Part shown: in pieces, positions 37,704 through 47,597 of the stretch
How positions within the stretch are numbered: position 1 is the stretch's first letter
Layout of the letters: every line of letters begins with the position of its first letter
DNA from: Eubacteriales bacterium
GTDB lineage: Bacteria > Bacillota > Clostridia > Oscillospirales > CAG-272
Length of the DNA: 64,000 nt
Direction: 5' to 3'
NCBI GenBank assembly: GCA_045576815.1
Contig: JAZNHD010000055.1
Location: 14,868-78,867, forward strand
Notes under the pieces: model-generated
The model's input: the letters and a program-made list of their open reading frames with translations, nothing else
The model's database searches: none
Told to the model about the DNA's origin: nothing
Made by a program: the position numbers and the translations under genes

Positions 37704-40579
37704 AAGTAAACGATAAAATCCACGGCTTTACCGTTGAGAGCGAAAGAGCTCTCCCCGAGGTGTCGGGAAGAATGTTTCTCTTGTCACACGAAAAGAGCGG
37801 TGCGAAGCTCGCCTTCCTCGCCCGCCCCGACAAAAACAAGACCTTTTCGATAGCCTTTCGCACCATTCCCGAGGATGATACCGGTGTTTTTCACATTCTT
37901 GAGCACTCGGTGCTCTGCGGCTCGGATAAATATCCCGTAAAGGAGCCCTTTGTTGAGCTTCTCAAGGGTTCTCTCAACACCTTTCTCAATGCCCTTACCT
38001 ATCAGGACAGAACGGTATATCCCGTGTCCTCACGCAACGACAAGGATTTTCTCAACCTTATAAACGTTTATCTTGACGCGGTCTTCTATCCCGCTGCGGC
38101 AAAGAACCCTAACGTTTTTCGCCAAGAGGGCTGGCATTACGAATATGACGAAAAATCGGATACGCTTACGAGAAACGGCGTTGTATTCAATGAAATGAAG
38201 GGCGCTTACGCCTCGCCCGACGAGGTCGGCGGCATGGCCCTTTACCGCGCACTTTTCCCGAACACACTTTATAAGCACGACTCCGGCGGTGCACCCGAAG
38301 CTGTTCCCACGCTCACCTACGAGGACTTCGTTAACGCTCACAGGCGCTACTATCACCCATCAAATTCGCTTATCTTCCTTGACGGAGATATAAATGAAGA
38401 AGAAACTCTATCACTTATCGACTCCTATCTTTCGGACTTTGACAAAATCAACGTTGATGCCGATATACCGACTCAGGCGCCCGTTGACGGCGGCACTGCT
38501 ACGGTAAAATACGAGATAGCAGAAGAGGGCGACTCAAAGGCAAGGCTTCTTCTCGGCTACGTTTTTTCGGATTTTTCAAACAAGGTAGATTCCTCTGCTT
38601 TTTCAGTAATATCTAGCGCTCTCGCGGCAACGAACGAATCCCCCCTCAAAAAAGCGCTTCTTGACACCGGTCTTTGCGAGGATATGTCTATTGGCATCAG
38701 CAGCTCAAAGCAGAACGTAATAACAGTTGAAATCAAAAACGCAAGAGAGGATAGCCTTGACGAGCTCGAACGCGTCTTCTCCGATACCGTGCGCAAAATT
38801 GCTGCCGAGGGTATTGACCGCGAGTTACTCACAGCAACCCTTAACAGTGCGGAATTCAAGATACGAGAGCGCGACTACGGCTCATTCCCCAAGGGTGTTG
38901 CCTTTGCTCTCTCGGCATACGGCAGCTGGCTTTACGGCGGCGACCCTGCTGAGCCTATCGTTACAGAGGATACCTTCAAAGCTCTTCGGGAAAGACTTGA
39001 CGGCAACTATTACGAAAATCTGCTCCTCTCCGCAACCGTTGAGTGTCCCCACAAGGCAAGGGTTGTAATGCTGCCGGACGCGACGCTCGGTGAGCAAAAC
39101 GCCAGGCGGGAAAAGGAAGAGCTTTTCGCCGTAAGACAGGGCATGTCTGACGAGCAAATAGATACAATAAAGCGCGAGCAAAAAGCACTTGAAGAATGGC
39201 AGGCAACAGAGGACACAAAGGAAAAGCTCGACACGCTCCCCTCTTTAACCCTCGACGACCTCACCTATGAAAGCGACGCGGCACCAGCCGACGTAAAAAC
39301 CGTGCTCGAGAGAGAGGTTATTCACTGCGACGTAGATACCTCCGGCATAACCTATTTAAAGCTCTATTTTGACATCTCCGACCTTTCGGAAAAGGAGTTG
39401 TTTTTGTCCGGACTTCTTTCCTCTCTTCTCACAAATCTCAAAACCCAGCATCGCTCGGCACTCGAGCTCCAAAATGCTATAAAAGCAAATCTCGGGTCGC
39501 TTTCCGTAACCGTTACCGTAAACACAAAGCACGGCCGCACGTCACCCGCGGTTTGCATATTTGCAAGCGTGCTTGATTCAAACAAGAAAGCTCTTTTGGA
39601 CATCCTCTCGGAAGTAGCTCTCTTCACACTCTTTGAGGACGGTGCCGTTATAAAGAATATAGTTCTTCAGAATAAGGCGTCAATGGAGGAGGCAATAGCA
39701 TCAAACGGTATTGACGTAGCCCTCTCTCGCGTTATGGCCTCTATCGACTCGGACGGAGCTATTAAGGAGTATATCGGCGGCTACGAAGCCTATCTAGGCT
39801 ACAAGGAATATGCCCGTGATTTTGACAAAAACGAAAAGAAAATAAAATCCGGTCTTTTATCGCTCGCAAAAAAAATCTTCACAAAGGAGCGCTTAACGGT
39901 AGCTTATACCGGTACCCGTGACGAGAAATTTGAGCAGGACGTAATAAATCTCCTCCCCTCTGACGGTATTATCCCTGCCCCGTGTGAAATTAAACCCTTT
40001 GCTCCTTTTTCTGAGGGAATAGCAATTCCCTCGCGTGTCGGTTATGCCGTGCTCGGAGCTGACGGCGGCAGCACAGCGCGCAAACTTCTCGGCAGCTTGC
40101 GTGTTGCAAGATCTATTCTCTCCTACGAGTATCTTTGGAATGTTATAAGAGTAATGGGCGGTGCATACGGCACAGGCTTCATTACGAGAAAATCGGGCAG
40201 CATCCTATTCTACTCCTACCGAGACCCATCACCTGAGGAGTCTGTTGAAAAATACAAAAAATCGAGCGACTTCCTTCGCGGTATGGCAGAGGAGAAGCTG
40301 CCGCTTACCAAGTTTATAATCGGTGCGATAGGAGAGTACGACGTTCTCACGACGCCCCGTACTCTTGGAGAGCAGGCCATATGGGATTACCTTAACGGCT
40401 GGTCAAGAGAGGACGACGAGGCACTTCGCCGCAGTATGATTGAAACCGACCACGCCGCACTTGTAAAAATTGCCGACCTTATCGACGACATAGCTCCAAG
40501 AGCTTCGGTGTCGGTAGTTGCGGGTAAGGAGCAGCTTTCTAAATTTAAAGCTCCGCTAGACAAAATACTTTCAATATGA
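37700..40579 (+). CDS. M16C-family (PreP/insulinase-like) zinc metallopeptidase
   Basis: 959 aa with the inverted zinc motif HILEH (FHILEHSVLCGS). The size is typical of M16C. The start overlaps the upstream stop (ATGA). Confidence 0.85.
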   Translation: MKVNDKIHGFTVESERALPEVSGRMFLLSHEKSGAKLAFLARPDKNKTFSIAFRTIPEDDTGVFHILEHSVLCGSDKYPVKEPFVELLKGSLNTFLNALTYQDRTVYPVSSRNDKDFLNLINVYLDAVFYPAAAKNPNVFRQEGWHYEYDEKSDTLTRNGVVFNEMKGAYASPDEVGGMALYRALFPNTLYKHDSGGAPEAVPTLTYEDFVNAHRRYYHPSNSLIFLDGDINEEETLSLIDSYLSDFDKINVDADIPTQAPVDGGTATVKYEIAEEGDSKARLLLGYVFSDFSNKVDSSAFSVISSALAATNESPLKKALLDTGLCEDMSIGISSSKQNVITVEIKNAREDSLDELERVFSDTVRKIAAEGIDRELLTATLNSAEFKIRERDYGSFPKGVAFALSAYGSWLYGGDPAEPIVTEDTFKALRERLDGNYYENLLLSATVECPHKARVVMLPDATLGEQNARREKEELFAVRQGMSDEQIDTIKREQKALEEWQATEDTKEKLDTLPSLTLDDLTYESDAAPADVKTVLEREVIHCDVDTSGITYLKLYFDISDLSEKELFLSGLLSSLLTNLKTQHRSALELQNAIKANLGSLSVTVTVNTKHGRTSPAVCIFASVLDSNKKALLDILSEVALFTLFEDGAVIKNIVLQNKASMEEAIASNGIDVALSRVMASIDSDGAIKEYIGGYEAYLGYKEYARDFDKNEKKIKSGLLSLAKKIFTKERLTVAYTGTRDEKFEQDVINLLPSDGIIPAPCEIKPFAPFSEGIAIPSRVGYAVLGADGGSTARKLLGSLRVARSILSYEYLWNVIRVMGGAYGTGFITRKSGSILFYSYRDPSPEESVEKYKKSSDFLRGMAEEKLPLTKFIIGAIGEYDVLTTPRTLGEQAIWDYLNGWSREDDEALRRSMIETDHAALVKIADLIDDIAPRASVSVVAGKEQLSKFKAPLDKILSI

Positions 40580-40588
40580 AGGCAAACG

Positions 40589-40614
40589 GGCAGAGTAAAA
40601 GCTCTGCCTTTTGC
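40589..40614 (+). terminator. Intrinsic terminator after the M16C peptidase gene
   Basis: Hairpin GGCAGAG/CTCTGCC followed by TTTTGCT. Confidence 0.6.
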
Positions 40615-40715
40615 TATTATTTTAACAATCGACTAACTATTTCCATTTGCTCCTCTCGTGACCTTTTGTGGTGCGTTTTTTTAGCATTTTTCTTCAAAAA
40701 TTCACGCATTATTTA

Positions 40716-40744
40716 TTGACTTTATCTACAACATATTGTATAAT
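40716..40744 (+). promoter_or_regulatory. Putative sigma-A promoter of the pfl locus
   Basis: TTGACT (40716-40721), 17 nt, TGTATAAT (extended -10, 40739-40744). Confidence 0.6.
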
Positions 40745-40835
40745 GTTATATTGCTAATACCTAAATATTGCGCTCGGCAAAAGCGACCCTTGTCGCCTGC
40801 CGATGACGGCTAAATTTGAAAAGAGAGGAACAAAA

Positions 40836-42935
40836 ATGACACCTTATTTCGATAAGGCTTGGGAGGGCTTTGCTGACGGCACCTGGACAAAAGAGGTAAA
40901 TGTACGAAGCTTTATCAAGCACAATTATACTCCCTATTACGGTGACGAGAGCTTCCTTGAGGGAGCTACCGAGAGGACAAACGAGCTTTGGAGAGATGTT
41001 CTTGAGCTCTTCAAAAAGGAACGCGAGGCGGGCGGTGTTCTTGACATGGACACCAAGGTAATTTCTACGATAACCTCACACGCCCCTGCCTATCTTGACA
41101 AAAATAAGGAAACCATAGTCGGATTTCAGACGGACAAGCCTTTAAAGCGCGCGCTTATGCCTTACGGTGGCATTCGCATGGCGGAGAAGGCGTGTCACGA
41201 CAACGGCTACGAGCTTGACCCCGAGGTTAAGGAATTTTTCACAACTCACAGAAAAACTCATAACGCAGGCGTTTTTGACGTATATACTCCCGAGATGCGC
41301 GCCTGCCGTTCGAGCCACATAATCACCGGTCTTCCCGATGCTTACGGCCGCGGCAGAATTATCGGTGACTACCGCCGTGTTGCCCTCTACGGTGTTGACC
41401 GTCTTATAGAGGACAAGATGCAGCAGAAGGAGACCACAAATTCTGCTATGTATTCTCACATTATCCGTGAGCGTGAGGAAATCTCGGAGCAAATACGCGC
41501 GCTTGAGGATCTCAAGACAATGGCTCTCTCCTACGGCTACGATATTTCAAAGCCCGCAACCAACACCAAGGAAGCTATCCAGTGGCTTTACTTCGGCTAT
41601 CTTGCCGCAGTTAAGGAGCAGAACGGCGCAGCAATGTCGCTTGGCAGAACCTCGACGTTCCTTGATATTTACTCTGAGCGTGACCTTAAGCGCGGCACAT
41701 TCACCGAGCGAGAGCTTCAGGAGTTCGTCGACCACTTTATTATGAAGCTCCGTCTTGTAAAGTTTGCGAGAACACCCGAGTACAACGCACTTTTCTCCGG
41801 CGATCCTCAGTGGGTTACCGAGTCTATCGGCGGTGTCGCAATCGACGGAAGACCTCTCGTTACAAAGATGTCTTACCGTTATCTTCACACTCTTGAAAAT
41901 CTCGGAGCAGCCCCCGAGCCTAATCTCACGGTGCTCTGGTCTGTAAGACTCCCCGAGGCGTTTAAGCGCTACTGCGCAAGACTTTCCATCGAAACCTCAT
42001 CGGTTCAGTATGAGAACGACGATCTTATGAGATTTACTCACGGCGACGACTATGCTATCGCCTGCTGTGTATCCTCTATGAGAGTCGGCAAGGAGATGCA
42101 GTTCTTCGGTGCGAGAGCCAACCTTGCAAAGTGCCTTCTCTATGCAATAAACGGCGGTGTTGACGAAATTTCCGGTAAGCAGGTAGGACCGAAATACCGC
42201 GCTATCACCTCCGAATATCTCGACTATGACGAGGTAATGGAAAAATACGACGCTATGATGGAATGGCTCGCAGGCGTTTACGTCAACACCCTCAACGTCA
42301 TTCACTATATGCACGATAAATATTGCTACGAGAAAATTCAGATGGCGCTTCACGACCAGCACGTAACCCGTTGGTTCGCTACCGGTATTGCAGGTCTTTC
42401 GGTTGTTGCCGACTCGCTCTCAGCCATTAAGTACGCACGCGTCAAGGTTATCCGCAACGAAGCGGGTGTTGCTACAGATTATGAGGTAGAAGGAGACTTC
42501 CCGAAATACGGCAACGACGATGACAGGGTTGATACCATCGCTTACGATATAGTCCACAGATTTATGGGTCATATCAAGAAAAACCACACCTATCGCGATA
42601 GCGTACCCACCACTTCCATTCTTACAATCACCTCTAACGTCGTTTACGGCAAAAACACCGGAGCGACACCCGACGGACGCAAGATGGGCGAGGCGTTTGC
42701 CCCCGGTGCTAACCCCATGCACAGACGTGACACTCACGGTGCGATAGCATCGCTCGCGTCGGTTGCAAAGCTGCCGTTCGTTGATGCCCGTGACGGAATT
42801 TCCAACACCTTCTCAATTATTCCCGGCGCACTCGGAAAGGACGACAAGATTTTCGCCGGAGACATTGAGGTCGACATCGATTGCGGTAGCGGCGCTTGCT
42901 CTACCCCTACACTCTTTGAGGGTCTCGACAGATAA
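40836..42935 (+). CDS. pflB: Pyruvate formate-lyase, catalytic body lacking the glycyl-radical domain
   Basis: 699 aa from ATG 40836 (RBS AAGAGAGGAA). The active-site motif [28 protein letters not shown] is present. The ORF ends after ...PGALGKDD plus a 29-aa unrelated tail, and contains no RVSGY motif. Confidence 0.85.
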   Translation: MTPYFDKAWEGFADGTWTKEVNVRSFIKHNYTPYYGDESFLEGATERTNELWRDVLELFKKEREAGGVLDMDTKVISTITSHAPAYLDKNKETIVGFQTDKPLKRALMPYGGIRMAEKACHDNGYELDPEVKEFFTTHRKTHNAGVFDVYTPEMRACRSSHIITGLPDAYGRGRIIGDYRRVALYGVDRLIEDKMQQKETTNSAMYSHIIREREEISEQIRALEDLKTMALSYGYDISKPATNTKEAIQWLYFGYLAAVKEQNGAAMSLGRTSTFLDIYSERDLKRGTFTERELQEFVDHFIMKLRLVKFARTPEYNALFSGDPQWVTESIGGVAIDGRPLVTKMSYRYLHTLENLGAAPEPNLTVLWSVRLPEAFKRYCARLSIETSSVQYENDDLMRFTHGDDYAIACCVSSMRVGKEMQFFGARANLAKCLLYAINGGVDEISGKQVGPKYRAITSEYLDYDEVMEKYDAMMEWLAGVYVNTLNVIHYMHDKYCYEKIQMALHDQHVTRWFATGIAGLSVVADSLSAIKYARVKVIRNEAGVATDYEVEGDFPKYGNDDDRVDTIAYDIVHRFMGHIKKNHTYRDSVPTTSILTITSNVVYGKNTGATPDGRKMGEAFAPGANPMHRRDTHGAIASLASVAKLPFVDARDGISNTFSIIPGALGKDDKIFAGDIEVDIDCGSGACSTPTLFEGLDR

Positions 42936-42960
42936 AAATTAAAAAGAAAAGGAGCTACCT

Positions 42961-43203
42961 ATGGCAGCAACGAAAAATCAGATAGACAACCTCGTAACCC
43001 TGCTCGATGGCTATGTCGAAAAGGGCGGTCATCACCTTAACGTTAACGTTTTCACCCGCGAAACCCTTCTAGACGCGCAGGCTCACCCGGAGAAATATCC
43101 GCAGCTTACCGTGCGCGTTAGCGGTTATGCCGTTAACTTTATAAAGCTCACAAAGGAACAACAGGACGAGGTTATCTCGCGCACGTTCCACGATAAGATG
43201 TAA
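42961..43203 (+). CDS. Autonomous glycyl-radical domain protein (GrcA/YfiD-like), equivalent to the missing PFL C-terminus
   Basis: 80 aa reading ...[64 protein letters not shown]. It has its own GGAG RBS 6 nt upstream of the ATG. Confidence 0.85.
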   Translation: MAATKNQIDNLVTLLDGYVEKGGHHLNVNVFTRETLLDAQAHPEKYPQLTVRVSGYAVNFIKLTKEQQDEVISRTFHDKM

Positions 43204-43209
43204 AAAAAG

Positions 43210-43241
43210 GGGTCTATTTTTCGGAATAGACCCTATTTATT
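43210..43241 (+). terminator. Hairpin plus T-rich tract between the radical-domain gene and pflA
   Basis: 9-bp hairpin GGGTCTATT/AATAGACCC followed by TATTTATT. This may be a partial terminator. Confidence 0.5.
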
Positions 43242-43263
43242 AAATTAACACGGGGTATACCAT

Positions 43264-44016
43264 ATGATAAAAGGGTATATACATTCAAAGGAGTCATTCG
43301 GCACGGTAGACGGCCCGGGTGTAAGATACGTCCTCTTTATGCAGGGCTGTCCTATGCGCTGCATTTACTGTCATAACCCTGACACGTGGCAGTTCGGTGT
43401 CGGCGAGGAAATAACCGCCGACGAGGTTATAGCCGAATTTGAAAAAAACCGCCCATTTTATAAGGGCGGCGGAATAACCGCGACGGGCGGCGAGCCGCTT
43501 ATGCAAACCGAGTTTCTTACCGAGCTTTTCTGCAAGGCACACGAGCGAGGAATACACACCTGCATTGACACATCGGGTGTCACCTATAATGAAAACAGCG
43601 AGACGTATTTAGAAAAGCTCGATTTGCTTATGAAATACACCGACCTCGTTATGCTCGATATAAAGCATATAAATTCCGAGGTTCATAAATCTCTTACGGG
43701 AAAGCCTAATGAAAACATTATCGCCTTTGCCCGCTACCTTGAAAAAAGGGAAATACCCCTATGGGTGCGCCACGTGATAGTAGAGGGCTACACAGACAGC
43801 CCCGATGACCTATATCGCCTTGGCAGATTTATTGGCACGCTGAAAAACCTGAAGGCACTTGACGTGCTGCCCTATCACTCAATGGGTGAGACAAAGTATA
43901 AGGCTCTGGGACTCGATTACGCCTTAGAGGGACTCCCTTCGCTTTCAAAGGAATCCGCCGCCGAGGCAAAGGAGCACATCATTAAAGGAATCCGCGAAGC
44001 AAGAAAAAACAGATAA
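43264..44016 (+). CDS. pflA: Pyruvate formate-lyase activating enzyme (radical SAM)
   Basis: The GCPMRCIYCHNPDTW cluster motif is present, in 250 aa. Confidence 0.9.
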   Translation: MIKGYIHSKESFGTVDGPGVRYVLFMQGCPMRCIYCHNPDTWQFGVGEEITADEVIAEFEKNRPFYKGGGITATGGEPLMQTEFLTELFCKAHERGIHTCIDTSGVTYNENSETYLEKLDLLMKYTDLVMLDIKHINSEVHKSLTGKPNENIIAFARYLEKREIPLWVRHVIVEGYTDSPDDLYRLGRFIGTLKNLKALDVLPYHSMGETKYKALGLDYALEGLPSLSKESAAEAKEHIIKGIREARKNR

Positions 44017-44034
44017 ATGTAAACATTTGATAAC

Positions 44035-44068
44035 AAAACCCCGAGTTTTCTCTCGGGGTTTTGTTTTT
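44035..44068. terminator. Bidirectional intrinsic terminator (pflA / ileS)
   Basis: Hairpin AAAACCCCGAG/CTCGGGGTTTT with flanking A and T runs, between convergent genes. Confidence 0.8.
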
Positions 44069-44071
44069 GCT

Positions 44072-47000
44072 TTATGCCTTTTCTACGGAAATAGTTACCT
44101 TTTCTCCGTTGATGTTCCACTCCTTTGCGTGAGCAAGAGTCTCTCCGACGGCAAGGGATACGCCAAGCGTCTCGTCCTTGATTTCCTCAGCGTTGCGCTC
44201 TGCAATCGCTGCAACCGTGTCGTTGCCGGAGAAGGCGATTTTAATATTATCCATAACCTCGAAGCCGGAATCCTTACGCATCGTCTGAATCTTCGAGATT
44301 ATCTCGCGCACGTTGCCTTCTTCGATAAGCTCGGGAGTAAGATTCTTGTCTATTACGACAGTCACGCCCCTGTCACCGAGAGACTCAAAGCCCTCCTTCT
44401 TCGTCATCTCGATAAGAAGGTCCTCCTCAGCGAGAGTAATCGTCTCACCGTTCGCCTCAAAGCTGATGGCGCCGGCCCTGCGAAGCTCGTCCATTGCGGC
44501 ATTGCCGTCAAGGGTGGAGAGGATATTTCTTATAGCACCGAGATGTTTTCCGTACTTCGGACCTACGGTGCGAAGCTGGGGCTTGAAGGTGTAGGTAGTA
44601 AACTCGGTTACGTTATCGGTAAACTCGACCTCTTTGACGTTAAGCTCCTCGGCGATAACCGAAATAAAGCTATCATCAGGCGTTTTATCTGCCTTGACGT
44701 ACATCTTTCTCACGGGCTGGCGGTTCTTGATAGCCGCAGCGTTACGGCAGGCTCTGCCAAGCACGACAACGTCTACAACCTCTTCCATATTCTCTTCAAG
44801 CGACTTGTCTATCATAGACTCGTCGGCGGTCGGATAATCGCAAAGGTGAACCGACTCGGGCGCGGACTTATCAACCGAGCATACGAGGTTGCGGTAGATG
44901 TCCTCAGTCATGAAAGGCACGAGGGGTGCTGCCACCTTGGCAACGGTAACGAGCGCGGTGTAAAGGGTCATATACGCATTGACCTTATCGGTGGGCATAT
45001 CCTTAACCCAGAAACGCTCACGGCTACGGCGTACATACCAGTTCGAGAGCTGGTCAACAAAGTCCTCAAGTACCCTCGTAGCCTCGGTAATCTTGTATGC
45101 GTCAAGATACGCGTCCACCGATTTAACAGCGGAATTTAGCTTAGAGAGAATCCACTTATCCATAACAGTAAGATTCTTCTTATCAAGCGTGTATTTCGTC
45201 GGGTCAAAGCCGTCAATGTTAGCGTAAAGCACGTAGAACGCATAGGTGTTCCAGAGCGTACCCATAAACTTTCTCTGTCCCTCAACTACCGCCTCACCGT
45301 AAAAACGGTTGGGAAGCCAGGGAGCAGAGTTTGAATAGAAATACCAGCGAATAGCGTCAGCACCATACTGCTCAAGCGCTTCAAAGGGGTCAACTGCGTT
45401 GCCCTTTGATTTCGACATCTTCTGTCCCTCTTTGTCAAGCACGTGACCGAGAACGAGTACGTTTTTGTAGGGGGCCGTGTCAAAAATAAGCGTGGAAATC
45501 GCCATAAGTGAGTAGAACCAACCGCGAGTCTGGTCTACACCCTCGCTGATGAAGTCTGCGGGGAACTGAGACTCAAATACCTCTTTATTCTCAAAGGGAT
45601 AGTGCCACTGCGCAAAAGGCATCGAGCCGGAGTCAAACCAGCAGTCGATAACCTCTGGCACGCGGCGCATCTCACCGCCGCACTCGGGACAAACGAGAGT
45701 TACCTCGTCGATAAAGGGTCTGTGAAGCTCAATATTCTCGGGGCAATTCTTCGACATCTCGCGAAGCTCTGCGATAGAGCCTATCGAGTGGCGGTGACCG
45801 CAGGAGCATTCCCAGATATTAAGAGGCGTGCCCCAATATCTGTTACGGGAAAGTCCCCAGTCCTGAACGTTTTCAAGCCAGTCGCCAAATCTGCCTTTAC
45901 CGATATTCTCGGGAATCCAGTTTACAGTGTTATTATTCTTTATGAGATTGTCACGCACCTCGGTCATCTTGATAAACCAAGTATCGCGAGCGTAATAAAT
46001 AAGTGGCGTATTACATCTCCAGCAGTGCGGATAATCGTGCTCGAACTTAGGGGCGGCAAAGAGCTTGCCCTCTTTATCGAGGTCCACAAGGATTACAGGG
46101 TCCGCCTTCTTAACGAAGATGCCGCCGTAGGGGGTGTCGGGTGTCATCTCGCCCTTTCCGTCAACGAACTGAACGAAGGGAAGGTCGTAGCGTCTTCCAA
46201 CACGGGAGTCGTCCTCACCGAACGCGGGGGCGATATGAACGATACCCGTACCGTCAGACATCGTAACGTAGCTGTCAGCGGTAACGTAATGTGCGCGCTT
46301 CTTCTGCTTTCTTGCAGCCTCGGCGGTGCATTCCCAAAGAGGCTCGTACTCGCGGCCCTCGAGAGCTATACCCTCCATCTCCTCTAGTATCTCGTATGCG
46401 GGTGCTCCCTCCTCACGCTCAAGCGAGCCGAGCACAGAATCAAGCAGCGCCTTTGCCATATAATAAATTCTGCCGTCGGCAGCCGTAACCTTGCAGTAGG
46501 TGTCCTTCGGGTTTACACAGAGCGCGGTGTTCGAAGGGAGAGTCCAGGGTGTAGTCGTCCACGCGAGGAAATAAGCATCCTCCCCCACACACTTAAAGCG
46601 CACAATCGCCGAGCGCTCCTTAACAGTCTTATAACCCTGTGCTACCTCGTGAGATGAAAGCGGAGTGCCGCAGCGCGGGCAGTAAGGAACAATCTTAAAG
46701 CCCTTGTATAGAAGGTCCTTGTCCCATATTTTCTTGAGCGCCCACCACTCCGACTCGATAAAGTCGTTGGTGTAGGTAACGTAGGGGTTATCCATATCCG
46801 CCCAGAAGCCAACCGTTCCCGAGAAGTCCTCCCACATTTCCTTATACTTCCACACCGACTCCTTGCAGTGCGCGATAAACGGCTCAAGACCGTAGCTCTC
46901 TATCTGGTCCTTACCGTCAATTCCGAGCTTCTTCTCAACCTCAAGCTCAACGGGCAGGCCGTGAGTATCCCATCCTGCCTTGCGGAGGACGCGTCTACCC

Positions 47001-47230
47001 TTCATCGTCTGGTATCTCGGCACCATATCCTTGATAACACGGGTAAGCACGTGACCGATATGCGGCTTGCCGTTTGCGGTGGGAGGACCGTCAAAGAATG
47101 TGTAGTTATCACACCCCGAGCGAAGATTAATGCTCTTTTCAAAGACGCGGTTTTCCTCCCAGAAGCGTCTCGTTGCCTTTTCTCTTTCAACAAAATTTAA
47201 GTTTGTTGAGACCTTTTCGTAAATTTCCAT
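44072..47230 (-). CDS. ileS: Isoleucyl-tRNA synthetase
   Basis: 1052 aa with the HIGH-type motif PPTANGKPHIGHV, a KMSKSKGN motif and a CP1 editing domain. Confidence 0.95.
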   Translation of the reverse strand: MEIYEKVSTNLNFVEREKATRRFWEENRVFEKSINLRSGCDNYTFFDGPPTANGKPHIGHVLTRVIKDMVPRYQTMKGRRVLRKAGWDTHGLPVELEVEKKLGIDGKDQIESYGLEPFIAHCKESVWKYKEMWEDFSGTVGFWADMDNPYVTYTNDFIESEWWALKKIWDKDLLYKGFKIVPYCPRCGTPLSSHEVAQGYKTVKERSAIVRFKCVGEDAYFLAWTTTPWTLPSNTALCVNPKDTYCKVTAADGRIYYMAKALLDSVLGSLEREEGAPAYEILEEMEGIALEGREYEPLWECTAEAARKQKKRAHYVTADSYVTMSDGTGIVHIAPAFGEDDSRVGRRYDLPFVQFVDGKGEMTPDTPYGGIFVKKADPVILVDLDKEGKLFAAPKFEHDYPHCWRCNTPLIYYARDTWFIKMTEVRDNLIKNNNTVNWIPENIGKGRFGDWLENVQDWGLSRNRYWGTPLNIWECSCGHRHSIGSIAELREMSKNCPENIELHRPFIDEVTLVCPECGGEMRRVPEVIDCWFDSGSMPFAQWHYPFENKEVFESQFPADFISEGVDQTRGWFYSLMAISTLIFDTAPYKNVLVLGHVLDKEGQKMSKSKGNAVDPFEALEQYGADAIRWYFYSNSAPWLPNRFYGEAVVEGQRKFMGTLWNTYAFYVLYANIDGFDPTKYTLDKKNLTVMDKWILSKLNSAVKSVDAYLDAYKITEATRVLEDFVDQLSNWYVRRSRERFWVKDMPTDKVNAYMTLYTALVTVAKVAAPLVPFMTEDIYRNLVCSVDKSAPESVHLCDYPTADESMIDKSLEENMEEVVDVVVLGRACRNAAAIKNRQPVRKMYVKADKTPDDSFISVIAEELNVKEVEFTDNVTEFTTYTFKPQLRTVGPKYGKHLGAIRNILSTLDGNAAMDELRRAGAISFEANGETITLAEEDLLIEMTKKEGFESLGDRGVTVVIDKNLTPELIEEGNVREIISKIQTMRKDSGFEVMDNIKIAFSGNDTVAAIAERNAEEIKDETLGVSLAVGETLAHAKEWNINGEKVTISVEKA

Positions 47231-47261
47231 CGTTTATCTCCAAAAATTTATTTTTCAAACA

Positions 47262-47492
47262 AAAAACCCCGAATGGCGAAGGGCCATTCGGGGCGAATTA
47301 TCGCGGTACCACCCGAAGTTGCGGAAAATCCGCATCTCTTTCGCTTTAACGCAGCGAACGTCGCCGCCTAAGTTTCCCTCAGCGGCACAGCTCGTGGAGT
47401 GATTTTCGTGCCATATCCCCATCGGCTCGCACCAACCGCCGACTCTCTGAAGGTTCTATAAGCACTACTCTTTCCGTCATTGCCTTTATGCT
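47262..47492 (-). promoter_or_regulatory. T-box leader, probable Ile specifier (AUC)
   Basis: Minus strand carries the AGAGA bulge, the GGUGCGA distal loop, a specifier loop GAAA-AUC-A, and the T-box GGGUGGUACCGCG (47314-47302). A terminator CCCCGAAUGGC/GCCAUUCGGGG plus U-tract follows. Confidence 0.9.
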
Positions 47493-47498
47493 TTATAC

Positions 47499-47527
47499 AT
47501 TTTAATATATTTTTATTCTTTTGTCAA
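47499..47527 (-). promoter_or_regulatory. Putative sigma-A promoter of T-box-ileS
   Basis: Minus strand reads TTGACA (47527-47522), 17 nt, TAAAAT (47504-47499). Confidence 0.6.
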
Positions 47528-47560
47528 TACCTTAAATAAAATTTATGAAGCGTGGCTTTG

Positions 47561-47589
47561 TTGACAAGCGCGCGGCTTTGTGCTATACT
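47561..47589 (+). promoter_or_regulatory. Putative sigma-A promoter of birA
   Basis: TTGACA (47561-47566), 17 nt, TGcTATACT (47584-47589). Confidence 0.55.
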
Positions 47590-47597
47590 TTAAGAAA

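Noticed and set aside
40745-40835. Possible riboswitch (for example the ZTP/pfl motif) in the ~90-nt 5' UTR of the pfl locus.
   Set aside because: Only a modest hairpin (GGCAAAAGCGAC-CCTT-GTCGCCTGCC) is present. There is no pseudoknotted ZTP core, no terminator and no sequestered RBS that I can see.
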